NCBI GenBank assembly: GCA_963666315.2
Contig: CAXXHG010000043.1
Span: forward strand, 512,001 to 576,000
Direction: 5' to 3'
Source: Candidatus Binatia bacterium
GTDB taxonomy: Bacteria > Desulfobacterota > Binatia > Bin18
Length of the DNA: 64,000 nucleotides
The position numbers were made by a program, and so were the translations under genes. Below are positions 38,442 through 47,954 of the stretch, in pieces; positions within the stretch are counted from its first letter, which is position 1, and the number at the start of each line of letters is the position of its first letter. The notes beneath the pieces were generated by a model that was not told the origin of the DNA, ran no database searches, and saw only the letters and a list, made by a program, of their open reading frames with translations.

Positions 38442-40835
38442 ATGGCGCGCAAAGTCACACTCCGGGTCGGCTACCAGAATAATCTCAGCTCAGAAACACG
38501 GACCATCCCGGATGACGAACCGTTGCCGTGGGATGCTACAACCGAACTCCGTGTTGTGGGGAAGCCGGTTCCGCGGGTTGATGCCCGCGCCAAGGTGACC
38601 GGCCAAGCAAAATACACGCATGACGTGAAGCTGCCGGGCATGTTGTATGGGGTAATTGTCCGTTCGCCATACGCCGCCGCTGGGATTCAGTCGATTGACA
38701 TAGCAGCGGCGGAAGACCTACCTGGCGTGCGTGCTGTCTATGTGCTGGACCGCAGACGTGTACGCTTTCAGGGGCATGAAGTGGCGGCCATTGCAGCCGA
38801 CACCCCAGAGCAAGCCGAGGATGCCGCGCGCGCGATTGAGGTTGCCTATGCGCCCGGCCCGTTTGTCGTAGATTTTGAGATGGCCATGCGCGCAGACGCA
38901 CCCGTCGTTATGGAGGGCGGGCGCGCAGCTGCAGGCGGTCGCGTCCGGGTCCAAGGCGGCATTCGACTCGTCGCCGCTGCCTGGGCGGACGACGGGCCAA
39001 AACAAAACAGCAATGTATTTGGGCCAGCCAAGCGATCCCTGTTTGGCTCAAATCGAGGCGACGTGCCCCATGCGGTCCAAATTGCCGATGAGGTTATTGA
39101 ACAAGAGTTCCGCACGCCTGTTCAAACCCATAGCTGTCTTGAGACGCATGCGGCGGTTGCCTACTGGGAAGCGGGTCGTCTGATTGTCCATTGCGGTGCA
39201 AAATCCGTCACCAAGGCCAGAGCCGAGCTGGCCGATTATTTCGGCCTGTCCCACACGCAGGTGCACGTCGTCAACACGTTTATTGGCGGGCATTTTGGAA
39301 CCAAGTCGTCCAGTCTGCCCTATGCGGCGCTTGCCGCGCGGCTGGCCAAACAAACTGGGCGACCGGTAAAGATCGCTCTCTCTCGCAAAGACGAACATTT
39401 GGTCGGTGGTAATCGGCCCCAGAACCGCATGCAGGTCCGCGTGGCGGGTATGCGTGACGGGACCCTGGCGGCCGTTGAGTTAACAAATTACGGCTCTGCC
39501 GGTGCGGGCTTTGGCGCTGGGGCGTCCGGGCCGTTTTTCAGCATCTATGACTGCGTGCATGTGCGTGCTGCCGATTACGATGTACTCATGAACACCGGCC
39601 CGAGCTGTGCGTTCCGGGCTCCAGGCCATCCCCAGGGTGCATTTGCTCTGGAAGTCGCGATTGACATGCTGTGCGCACGATTAGGCTATGACCCGGTTGA
39701 ATTCCGCCTCCGCAACAGTTGTGAACGTACCCCGTGGCGGGCCGAAGAGCTGCGGATTGGTGCCGAGCGTATGGGCTGGCACGACCGCCGAGACCCCATG
39801 CCGGCAGCACAAGACGGTCCGATCAAGCGCGGCATCGGAGTGGCTAATAGCGTCTGGTATAGCGTGTACAGTCCCGGGGCACAGGTCGAGGTCCAGGTGA
39901 ACAAGGACGGCAGCGTCATTGCCTTGACCAGCACCTCGGCACCTGGCGCCGGCTCACGCACGGTGATTGCTCAAGCGATTGCGGAAGAGCTGGGTTTGGA
40001 ACCGCATCAGATCGACGTACGTCTGTCGGATTCCGACTATCCGTACTCGCCAGCTCCAGGCGGCAGCAGGCTGACGTCGACCGTCACCCCGCCCGCGCGC
40101 CAGGCTGCCTACCGGGTCAAACAGAGACTCTTGTCCTATGCTGCGCGCAAACTTGAGGTAGGACCGGATACCCTGAGCCTTCAGCCTGGAGGCATGGTCG
40201 TATCGCAGTCCGGAAAACGGTTGACCTGGGCTGAAACTTGTGGCCTCCTGCCTGGAGGCAAGACGGTCGCCCTGGGCGAACGGGCTGAAGATTATAGCGG
40301 TCCGTCTGTGTCCTTCTCGCGCATCTCTATGGGCCAGGATCTGATAGCTGGCGTCCAGTTTGCCGAAGTCACGGTTGATGAGCGGATCGGCCAGGTGCGT
40401 GTTGACAAGATTGTCGCCGTTCAGGACTGTGGCCGCGTCTTCAATCCGCTGTTGGCGGAAAGCCAGCTCCAGGGTGGAATTATTAATGCCCTGAGCTTTG
40501 GTTTATTTGAGGAACGGGTGATGGACGGGCTGGAAGGCCGGATGCTGAATCCGGACTTTCTCTTCTATAAGATTGCCGGCCCACGTGAGATGCCGCAGCT
40601 TGATACGGTTTTCCTGAACGTATACCACGGGCAGACCAATACGGACGCCCGCAATTTGGGTGAGCCTGCCAAAGTTGCCACTATCGCAGCAGTGGTGAAC
40701 GCTATCTACAACGCCACGGGCGCGTGGGTCACACAACTGCCGATCACTCCAGGCCGTGTACTCGCTGCGCTTGCCGAGCGTGACCGTGCCTTAGAGGCGA
40801 ACGTCCGTGCGTCTAAAGCACGGGCCCGCGCATAG
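38442..40835 (+). CDS. Xanthine dehydrogenase-family molybdopterin-binding subunit (PaoC/YagR-like)
   Basis: VDARAKVTGQAKY, IGGHFG, AFRAPGHPQG, DCGRVFNP, ARNLGE. Confidence 0.92.
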   Translation: MARKVTLRVGYQNNLSSETRTIPDDEPLPWDATTELRVVGKPVPRVDARAKVTGQAKYTHDVKLPGMLYGVIVRSPYAAAGIQSIDIAAAEDLPGVRAVYVLDRRRVRFQGHEVAAIAADTPEQAEDAARAIEVAYAPGPFVVDFEMAMRADAPVVMEGGRAAAGGRVRVQGGIRLVAAAWADDGPKQNSNVFGPAKRSLFGSNRGDVPHAVQIADEVIEQEFRTPVQTHSCLETHAAVAYWEAGRLIVHCGAKSVTKARAELADYFGLSHTQVHVVNTFIGGHFGTKSSSLPYAALAARLAKQTGRPVKIALSRKDEHLVGGNRPQNRMQVRVAGMRDGTLAAVELTNYGSAGAGFGAGASGPFFSIYDCVHVRAADYDVLMNTGPSCAFRAPGHPQGAFALEVAIDMLCARLGYDPVEFRLRNSCERTPWRAEELRIGAERMGWHDRRDPMPAAQDGPIKRGIGVANSVWYSVYSPGAQVEVQVNKDGSVIALTSTSAPGAGSRTVIAQAIAEELGLEPHQIDVRLSDSDYPYSPAPGGSRLTSTVTPPARQAAYRVKQRLLSYAARKLEVGPDTLSLQPGGMVVSQSGKRLTWAETCGLLPGGKTVALGERAEDYSGPSVSFSRISMGQDLIAGVQFAEVTVDERIGQVRVDKIVAVQDCGRVFNPLLAESQLQGGIINALSFGLFEERVMDGLEGRMLNPDFLFYKIAGPREMPQLDTVFLNVYHGQTNTDARNLGEPAKVATIAAVVNAIYNATGAWVTQLPITPGRVLAALAERDRALEANVRASKARARA

Positions 40836-40855
40836 TGTAAAGTCAGGAGAAGCGG

Positions 40856-41902
40856 ATGCAGCGTTTTGCCTACACTCAGCCTCATACGCTTGCTGCCGCA
40901 ACCGCGGTGTTGGCCCAGTATCCAAATGGCACGATTAAGGCTGGTGGGGTGGATCTGCTCGATCTGCTCAAAGAGCGACTGGTCACTCCAGAAATAGTTG
41001 TTGATATTAGCCAGGTACCCGAGTGCCAGGGGATACGTCTTGACGCGGACACCGGAGCTTTACGTATCGGGAGTCTCACAACCTTTACCCAGCTTGCCGC
41101 CTCTGCTGTGGTCCAGGAGCAGTGGCCCGCGCTGGCCCAGGTCGCCGGTGGGGCAGCGACCCCGCAAATCAGAAATCAGGCTACTCTTGGTGGAAATCTG
41201 TGTCAGCGCCCACGCTGTTGGTATTTCCGGCAAGAGGATTATCCATGCCTCAAGAAAGGTGGCCAGCAGTGCTTTGCGCTGGAAGGCGACAATCGTTCTC
41301 ATGCGATCTTTGCTAACCAGACCTGCGCCATGACCCATCCCTCGGGCGCTGCCGTGCCCCTGTTGGCTTATGCGGCGTCTGTGCACGTCATTGATCCAAA
41401 AAAAGGCGGACAGGAGCGGCTGATTCCGCTTGCAGACTTTTTTCTCAGCCCGGAACAGGACGTACGGCGGGAAAATGTCTTGACCTCTGGCGAGGTCATC
41501 ACTGCCATTAGGGTGCCACGTCCGGCTCCAAAAACGGGCAGTGTCTATCTTAACCTGAAACACAAACAATCGTTTGACTGGCCTATAGTAGAAGCTGCCG
41601 TGGTCCTCGTGCCGTCGGCGCGCCAGTCCGACAGCCGGCCAGAAAATATTGTGCAAGAAGCGCATATCGTGCTTGGCTCGGTCGCTCCGACCCCTCTCCG
41701 CGCGGCGCGCGCAGAAGCGGTATTGCAAGGAAATCTGATTACTGAGGCGATTGCCGATCAGGCTGGACAGGCTGCAACACAAGGAGCGGCACCGCTTGCT
41801 CTGAATGGAGAAAAAATACCATTGCTTGCCGAGCTGGTGCGTCGAGCTGTACTCAAGGCAGCCGGCAAGTTTCCATATGCTGATGAGGTCATGTCGTTAT
41901 GA
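40856..41902 (+). CDS. Xanthine dehydrogenase-family FAD-binding subunit with 4Fe-4S insert (PaoB/YagS-like)
   Basis: AGGVDL, ATPQIRNQATLGGNLCQRPRCWYFR...CLKKGGQQC...HAIF...C. Confidence 0.92.
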   Translation: MQRFAYTQPHTLAAATAVLAQYPNGTIKAGGVDLLDLLKERLVTPEIVVDISQVPECQGIRLDADTGALRIGSLTTFTQLAASAVVQEQWPALAQVAGGAATPQIRNQATLGGNLCQRPRCWYFRQEDYPCLKKGGQQCFALEGDNRSHAIFANQTCAMTHPSGAAVPLLAYAASVHVIDPKKGGQERLIPLADFFLSPEQDVRRENVLTSGEVITAIRVPRPAPKTGSVYLNLKHKQSFDWPIVEAAVVLVPSARQSDSRPENIVQEAHIVLGSVAPTPLRAARAEAVLQGNLITEAIADQAGQAATQGAAPLALNGEKIPLLAELVRRAVLKAAGKFPYADEVMSL

Positions 41903-42129
41903 TTCGTAAGGACCAGATTGAGCTCACCCCGATGAGAGCTGCCGGGCATCCGTGTCGTTTCTTGCGCTCTCAGGGCGCCTTTCGTCTTGGACCAAGGGAG
42001 TATGATGAGTCTACACGGTTTTGGTGCGTCCGTTCCCTGGATGCGTGTGGCCCGGACGGAGTATCGGCCCATGCCGCGTGGTGTCAGGCCGGACGGGAGT
42101 GTTTCGAATCAGCGCCACTTGTCGTTTAG
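41899..42129 (+). CDS. Small cysteine-rich hypothetical protein
   Basis: ATGA overlap with the FAD subunit; five Cys: CRFLRS...FWCVRSLDACGPDG...WCQAGRECFE. Confidence 0.65.
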   Translation: MIRKDQIELTPMRAAGHPCRFLRSQGAFRLGPREYDESTRFWCVRSLDACGPDGVSAHAAWCQAGRECFESAPLVV

Positions 42130-42228
42130 GCAAGAGGCGGGCTGCAGCGCGCGATGCATGCCTGGATGCTTTCCTATCGGGTTAAGCTTTGTGAAGTCCT
42201 CTTCTGAAAAACCGATACTTCTCGTGTT

Positions 42229-42468
42229 ATGAAAGATACAGACAAATCAAAAGCGCAACTCCTCCAAGAGCTTCAGCACCTACGCGGTCGCGTGACCGAA
42301 CGTGAAGCCGCCGAGGGCGCACGACAAGGGGCCGAGCAAACGCAGGCCCGGTTGCTCGCCATTCTTGAGGCGACGACTGACTTTATCGGCATTGCCGATG
42401 TCAACGGCCGCTCAATATATGTGAATAAGGCGGGCCGGCGTATGGTCGGCATGGGAGAGGACGAACCC
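42229..42468 (+). pseudogene. 5' remnant of a PAS-domain sensor protein
   Basis: MKDTDKSKAQLLQELQHLRGRVTE...LLAILEATTDFIGIADVNGRSIYVNKAGRRMVG, then runs into antisense putA sequence. Confidence 0.75.
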
Positions 42469-43495
42469 GAGAGAAATCCCTGGACTGCCTCATCGAGGTC
42501 GGCATCGTCATCAACAATGATGGCATTCTTGCCTCCCATTTCGGCAATCACTTTTTTAATACCACGCTGACCCTGGGTGGTTTGGGCGGCCAGGGCGTTG
42601 ATGCGTAAACCCACCTCACGTGATCCGGTGAAAGCAACAATATTGATAAGCGGATGGGTGACAAGGTATTCCGCGACCTCCTCGCCCAGGCCGGGTAGAT
42701 AGGACAATACTCCGGGTGGCAGGCCCGCGCTCCGAAAGATGTCCATCAGCTTGGCCGCAGTAACGGGCGTCTGCTCGGCGGGTTTCATGATCACGCTATT
42801 CCCGGTCACTAACGCCGCAGCAGCCATGCCGGTCAGGATTGCCACAGGAAAATTCCACGGCGCAAGAACAGCCGCACTCCCGCGGGCTTGATAAAAATAG
42901 GCGTTGGCCTCGCCGGGCTCGTCATCGAGCGGCTGGCCTGCCGCGAGGCGGCGCATTTCGTGGGCGTGATACACCAGAAAATCAATAGCCTCACACACAT
43001 CCGCATCGGCCTCGCGCCAGGGCTTGCCTGCCTTGAGCACTTCCCAACCTGCAAGCTCCAGCCGCATCTCGTCAGCAGCCCGCAGCAGGACGTCTATCCG
43101 CTCTTCGACCGGAGTCGCGCGCCAAGCGGGAAAGGTCTGCTGTGCCGCTTGGACTCTCCGCTCCCGCGCAACCTGGCCAATGATGGTTTCTGGATGCGAA
43201 GGATTCCGAGAGATCAGGGAGGTGTCGGTGGTGCTGGGCTCGTCGTTAATAATCAACGGGTACGAGCGTCCACATTGTTGCTGCACGGATTCAAGTGCCG
43301 CCTGGAATTGGCGCTGGTTTTCCGCTTGTGCGAAATCCAGCAGGGGTTCCTTCTGAAATCCGCCATGCACCAGTCCAGAATTCTCTCGTCCCACCACGCG
43401 AAGTGCAAGGCGGATGGGAAGTCTGCCTTAAGATGGGTAAAGAGCTCACGACCAATTGTTTGGATCTGGTGTTCGATTTCGTCGGAGAAAGCCAT
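42469..43495 (-). pseudogene. putA: Bifunctional proline dehydrogenase / P5C dehydrogenase pseudogene
   Basis: N-terminus EHQIQTIGRELF...WWDERILDWCMAD joined directly to the P5CDH part (EADADVCEAIDF, APWNFP, AFTGSREVG, AEMGGKNAIIVDDDADLDEAV); PRODH domain and catalytic Cys region absent. Confidence 0.85.
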
Positions 43496-43624
43496 AGGCG
43501 CCCGCCTTGAGTATATTTTTCAGTATAGCGCGGTATGAGTGAAGGGATGAAACACACTGCTAGTCGTTATGAAGCAAAACCCGTCTCAGCTGACGATTCC
43601 GAGTTTCCTTGGTACAGTGCAGAC

Positions 43625-45208
43625 ATGTCTCCCACTTCATCGCCCGAGTCTCCATCCCGAGCGCAGATCGTTCGAAAAGGCCACCCTATTGTTGTTGCCA
43701 CGCTCATCAGTCGCCCGCTGGGCTTCATTCGTGAGGCGGTGCAAGCGGCGCTGTTTGGCGCGTCTCGTCTGACGGATGCCTTTCTGGTCGCCTATAACGT
43801 ACCGGAGATGATCCAGACCCTCTTCTTTAGCGGGGTGCTAAGCAACTTCTTCGTGCCGGTTATCACCCGCTACCGTGAAGACAAGGACGAGCTGAGCACC
43901 ATTTTTAGTGTTGCTTTGAACGGCGCCTTACTCTTCTCCCTTTTCCTGCTCGGCGTTTGCTACGCTTCAGCCTCCGGACTCATGACGCTGGCCGCGCCGG
44001 GTTTGGGCGGAGACGATCATGCTTTGGTGGTGTTCCTCTTCCGCTTTATGCTACCCATGCTCGTCCTGCACTGCTTACTGGCAGTGATGAAGGGTACATT
44101 AAATAGCCTCGACCACTACGCCATGCCGGAATACGCCGGCGTCTTCTTCAATCTCGTCATGATAGTCTGCGCGCTGAGCCTAGCACCGACGTATGGCATC
44201 ACCAGTCTTGCCATCGGGGCGGTGGCCGGCAGTGTCCTGCAACTGCTGGTCCAGCTTCCAACGCTCCACCGCCGTGGTATCCGCTATCGGTTCACCTTTG
44301 CCTTTCAGCACCCGGCACTGCGGGAAATGGGTGGATTGGCGCTGGGGGCCTTGGTGGCTACGGCTGTCGTTCCGCTGAATGCCTTTGTGGCGCGGGCACT
44401 GGCCTCAACACTGCAAGAAGGCAGTATCTCTGCGCTGGCATATGCCTTTCGTGTTTTTCTGTTGCCGGTCAGTCTGGTTGCGGTGCCCGTCTATACGGTA
44501 TTGCTGACCGAGCTGTCTGCCGCGCACCACGGAGGCCAGCTTGACACGTTCAAAAAGCAAGCCGAAGCAGGTTTGTCACTGCTCTTCGCAGTTGCCCTGC
44601 CGGCAACCGCCATCCTGATAGCCTTGGCTGTCCCCATCACAAGACTTCTGTATGAACGCGGACAGTTCGGCCCAGATGATGTGCGCATGACCAGCCAGGC
44701 GCTGATGGCGTATGGGCTCGGTATTGTGGCCTACGGCACAAGCCAAGTCATGGTCCGGCTTTTCACTGCAAGCAAAGACACGCGCACGCCTGCCTGGGTT
44801 GGTCTTGCTTCGATTGCGGTAAATGCCCTTGGCTGTTGGCTGCTGATGCACGTCTGGGGGCATTGGGGCATTGCGCTGGTCATATCGCTGGTGTCCTACG
44901 TGAACACGCTGGTGCTCTACCTCATCTTCCGGCATCGATACGGGCCGCTGGATGAAGGATTCTTGTCGCGCAGTCTGCTGACTCACTTGACGTTGGCGAT
45001 AGTTTTGGGAGGCAGTCTATTTTATCTTGGACAGCCGCTTGCCAAAACGCCAGGCTCACTCATGACCGTTGAGCATGTGCTCCATCTGGCTGGGATTGTA
45101 ACGATAGCTGGAGGGCTTTATCTCGTCCTTGGCCTGCTCTTCAAGGTCGAGGAGATACAGACTCTTATGCGGATGATCAAGCGGTGGATCGTGCGGATCG
45201 CAAGATAA
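43625..45208 (+). CDS. murJ: Lipid II flippase MurJ (start may be 43535)
   Basis: SRPLGFIRE, DAFLVAYNVP, LLYERGQF, KDTRTP; multi-TM MOP exporter. Confidence 0.9.
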   Translation: MSPTSSPESPSRAQIVRKGHPIVVATLISRPLGFIREAVQAALFGASRLTDAFLVAYNVPEMIQTLFFSGVLSNFFVPVITRYREDKDELSTIFSVALNGALLFSLFLLGVCYASASGLMTLAAPGLGGDDHALVVFLFRFMLPMLVLHCLLAVMKGTLNSLDHYAMPEYAGVFFNLVMIVCALSLAPTYGITSLAIGAVAGSVLQLLVQLPTLHRRGIRYRFTFAFQHPALREMGGLALGALVATAVVPLNAFVARALASTLQEGSISALAYAFRVFLLPVSLVAVPVYTVLLTELSAAHHGGQLDTFKKQAEAGLSLLFAVALPATAILIALAVPITRLLYERGQFGPDDVRMTSQALMAYGLGIVAYGTSQVMVRLFTASKDTRTPAWVGLASIAVNALGCWLLMHVWGHWGIALVISLVSYVNTLVLYLIFRHRYGPLDEGFLSRSLLTHLTLAIVLGGSLFYLGQPLAKTPGSLMTVEHVLHLAGIVTIAGGLYLVLGLLFKVEEIQTLMRMIKRWIVRIAR

Positions 45209-45233
45209 CTGCCTCTACGGCTGAAAACGGAGG

Positions 45234-47132
45234 CTATTGGGGTATAGATTCCAAGGTCTCCCAGTGTTGATACGAGGCTTCCAATTCCTGTTCGAGGATT
45301 GTTAAGCGAGCGTGCAGGGCAGCAAACTTCTCGCTGCCCTGACGATACAACTCGGGATCGGCGAGCGTCGCATGCACTGCTGCTTGTTCACTTTCGAGCG
45401 CTTCAATGCGTGGGGGCAATTCCTCAAGCTCGCGTTGTTCCTTATAGCTCAACTTTCGTGGGCGTTGCGCTCGGTCGCGCCGTAGCGAAGATTTCTTTTG
45501 AGCCGGCTGCATCGGAGCAGAGTCCGCCGGCTGCGCCGACCTGCGTTGGCGCAGCCAGTCATCATATCCGCCCACATATTCGTTGATCTGTCCCTCGTCT
45601 TCAAATACGAGGGTGCTGGTCGCGACGTTATTGAGAAACATCCGGTCATGGCTGACTAAGAGCACGGTCCCGGTGTACTCAAGCAGGAGTTCTTCGAGCA
45701 GTTCGAGCGTCTCGGCGTCCAGGTCGTTGGTCGGCTCGTCTAAGACCAAGACATTCGACGGCTGGGAGAACAGGCGAGCCAGCAACAAGCGGTTTCGTTC
45801 TCCTCCGGATAAAATACTGACCGGACTCCGGACACGATCCGCAGAGAACAGGAAATCTCGAAGATAGCCCATAATGTGGCGATCTTTGCCGTTGAAGGTA
45901 ATATAGTCGTCGCCGCTTCCAACAATCTCCTGAACGGTTTTGTCTTCGTCCAGGGGCGTTCGAAGCTGGTCAAAATAGGCGACCGCGAGGCGCGTGCCTT
46001 GTTCGACCTGGCCGTGCTGGGGAGTGAGTTCACCCAGCAGGAGCTGCAGCAGTGTCGTCTTGCCGGCTCCATTCGGGCCGACAATGCCGATCTTATCCCC
46101 GCGCATGATGGTGACGGAAAAACCGCGGACAACAGAGTTATCTCCGTACGCGTACCCAACGTCTGTTGCACGCAACACGAGTTTCCCCGAGCGTTCGGCC
46201 TCTTGGACTTGTAAACGCGCCGTGCCCACTTGCTCTCGGCGATTTTTCCGCTGTTGACGCAGCTCTAGGAGGACGCGTACGCGGCCTTCATTGCGCGTAC
46301 GCCGGGCTTTGATGCCTTGGCGTATCCAGGCCTCTTCCTGGGCCAGATTTTTATCGAACTGTGCCCAGTGCCCGGCTTCTGTCTCGAGTGCCGCCTGTTT
46401 GCGCTCTAAGAACGTTCCGTAATCACACGACCAATTGGTCAAACGCCCACGGTCCAGTTCGACTATCCGGGTGGCCAATTTTTTGAGCAGCATGCGGTCG
46501 TGCGTCACGAACAACAGCGTCTTACTATTTTGCAGCAAGAACTCCTCAAGCCAGGTGATAGAGTCGAGATCGAGATGATTAGTTGGTTCGTCGAGCAGCA
46601 GAATATCGGGATCGCTGACTAACGCCTCGGCGAGCAAGACACGGCGTTTGAGTCCGCCCGAGAGGGTGTCAAACCCGACGTGTTCGTCGAGTTTCAGACT
46701 CATCAGCGTCCGTTCGACCTGCTGATGGATCAGCCAGCCGCCGTTGCCATCTAAGGTCTGCTGCAGAGTGTCTAATTGACGTAGGAGTTTTTGGTCGCCC
46801 GTTTGGCTCATCTGAGTGCTAATCGCGTGGTATTCGGCCAGCGTTTCGCCGAGTTTGCCCAGGCCTTGGGTGACGCGGTGTAAAACCGTGCCCGGTAAGG
46901 ATTGCGGAATTTCCTGGGGAAGGAAGCTCGTCCGCATATCCTTTGCGCATACCACCTGGCCGCTGTCCGGGCGAACTTCACCCTGAATGATCTTCATCAG
47001 GGTAGACTTCCCAGTGCCATTCCGGCCTAAGATACCCACCCGCTCACCCGGTTCGAGCTGCAGACTCACGCCGTCTAATAACGGCGGATCACCAAAGTTG
47101 ACATGGATGTCCTGGAGGCTCAGTAAGGCCAT
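45234..47132 (-). CDS. uup: ABC-F family ATPase Uup
   Basis: Two ABC domains, EEAWIRQGIKARRTRNEGRV linker, C-terminal KLSYKEQRELEELPPRIEALE. Confidence 0.92.
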   Translation of the reverse strand: MALLSLQDIHVNFGDPPLLDGVSLQLEPGERVGILGRNGTGKSTLMKIIQGEVRPDSGQVVCAKDMRTSFLPQEIPQSLPGTVLHRVTQGLGKLGETLAEYHAISTQMSQTGDQKLLRQLDTLQQTLDGNGGWLIHQQVERTLMSLKLDEHVGFDTLSGGLKRRVLLAEALVSDPDILLLDEPTNHLDLDSITWLEEFLLQNSKTLLFVTHDRMLLKKLATRIVELDRGRLTNWSCDYGTFLERKQAALETEAGHWAQFDKNLAQEEAWIRQGIKARRTRNEGRVRVLLELRQQRKNRREQVGTARLQVQEAERSGKLVLRATDVGYAYGDNSVVRGFSVTIMRGDKIGIVGPNGAGKTTLLQLLLGELTPQHGQVEQGTRLAVAYFDQLRTPLDEDKTVQEIVGSGDDYITFNGKDRHIMGYLRDFLFSADRVRSPVSILSGGERNRLLLARLFSQPSNVLVLDEPTNDLDAETLELLEELLLEYTGTVLLVSHDRMFLNNVATSTLVFEDEGQINEYVGGYDDWLRQRRSAQPADSAPMQPAQKKSSLRRDRAQRPRKLSYKEQRELEELPPRIEALESEQAAVHATLADPELYRQGSEKFAALHARLTILEQELEASYQHWETLESIPQ

Positions 47133-47177
47133 TGCGGTGAGAGATGAGGGGGGAACGGCTATGTTTATCTGCCAGGC

Positions 47178-47460
47178 TTAATCATTTTCCGCCATGAGCG
47201 CTTGCTGTGCGACCTTTGGGAGCTTGATCGAAGCAAATATTGAGGTTGGATAGAGATAGCCATCGGATTCTGATGTATCCTCATCAATGACGCGAAGCAT
47301 AGCGTGGGACTCTGCTTCTGTATCCGGCAAAGTCCGGTAGACCTTACCTGGAATCAGACCGGCCGGGTTGCTCTAGTTGTTGATGCAAATGACAAAATTA
47401 TTCACAGCAGAACTCGCTTAATCTTTCAATATCTCTGATTTCACCAAGGATCTCAAACCC
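47178..47460 (-). pseudogene. Decayed two-gene module of small hypothetical proteins (TA-like arrangement)
   Basis: Upstream gene collapsed to FEILGEIRDIE / KIKRVLL*; overlapping GTG at 47405 gives NNFVICINN*SNPAGLIPGKVYRTLPDTEAESHAMLRVIDEDTSESDGYLYP... with TAG at 47373-47375. Confidence 0.55.
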
Positions 47461-47900
47461 TGCTGCCATCTCCCACCATTCTGATTCAAAATACCTGCTC
47501 CAACTATGCCTTTTCTCAGGAGGCTTTTACAGATCACCAAGGTTCTCTTTTGTGTGAAGCACAAAAGAGGGGCTTAGTTCAGCCAAGTTTCAGGACTATT
47601 GGGGAAACCACCACACGCCTGGTTCCAACATGCCGGAACTTGATTGATATGTACAGTGTCACGTATTGCTGGAAACGTCTGCCAGCTACGACGGCGTGGA
47701 TGAGCTATGGTGCAAGGATGTTGCGGCCTGTGAGCGCTGTTGGAGTTCTGTCAACAGTTTGGCCAAGACCTGGTCCGCTGAAAGGGTGCCGTGAGTAACT
47801 TTCTCCAGGAACGCCTTTTTTGTCAAACGGTGGGTTGCCTTGAGCGTAGCCATACTTCCCTCACTGGTTCTGACAATGTAGCCGACGTAATCTGCTGAGG

Positions 47901-47954
47901 CCGCTCACCCTGAGCTTGCCGAAGCCTGTCCTGAGCGTAGCCGAAGGGGGCGAA
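47901..47954. repeat. REP-like element, CTGAGC...CGAAG family, overlapping the cysNC 3' end
   Basis: CTGAGCTTGCCGAAGCCTGTCCTGAGCGTAGCCGAAGGG. Confidence 0.75.

Noticed and set aside
38900-39010. Signal-peptide-like LVAAAWADD segment inside the molybdopterin subunit as a gene boundary
   Set aside because: The frame is continuous with family motifs on both sides; most likely a variable loop
42273-43397. 374-aa ORF as an intact aldehyde/P5C dehydrogenase
   Set aside because: It lacks the catalytic Cys region, and its tail is the antisense of the PAS remnant
47480-47860. Short ORFs between uup and cysNC (47550-47798 + and a minus-strand MATLKATHRL... frame)
   Set aside because: Possibly further remnants, but no family could be supported from the sequence
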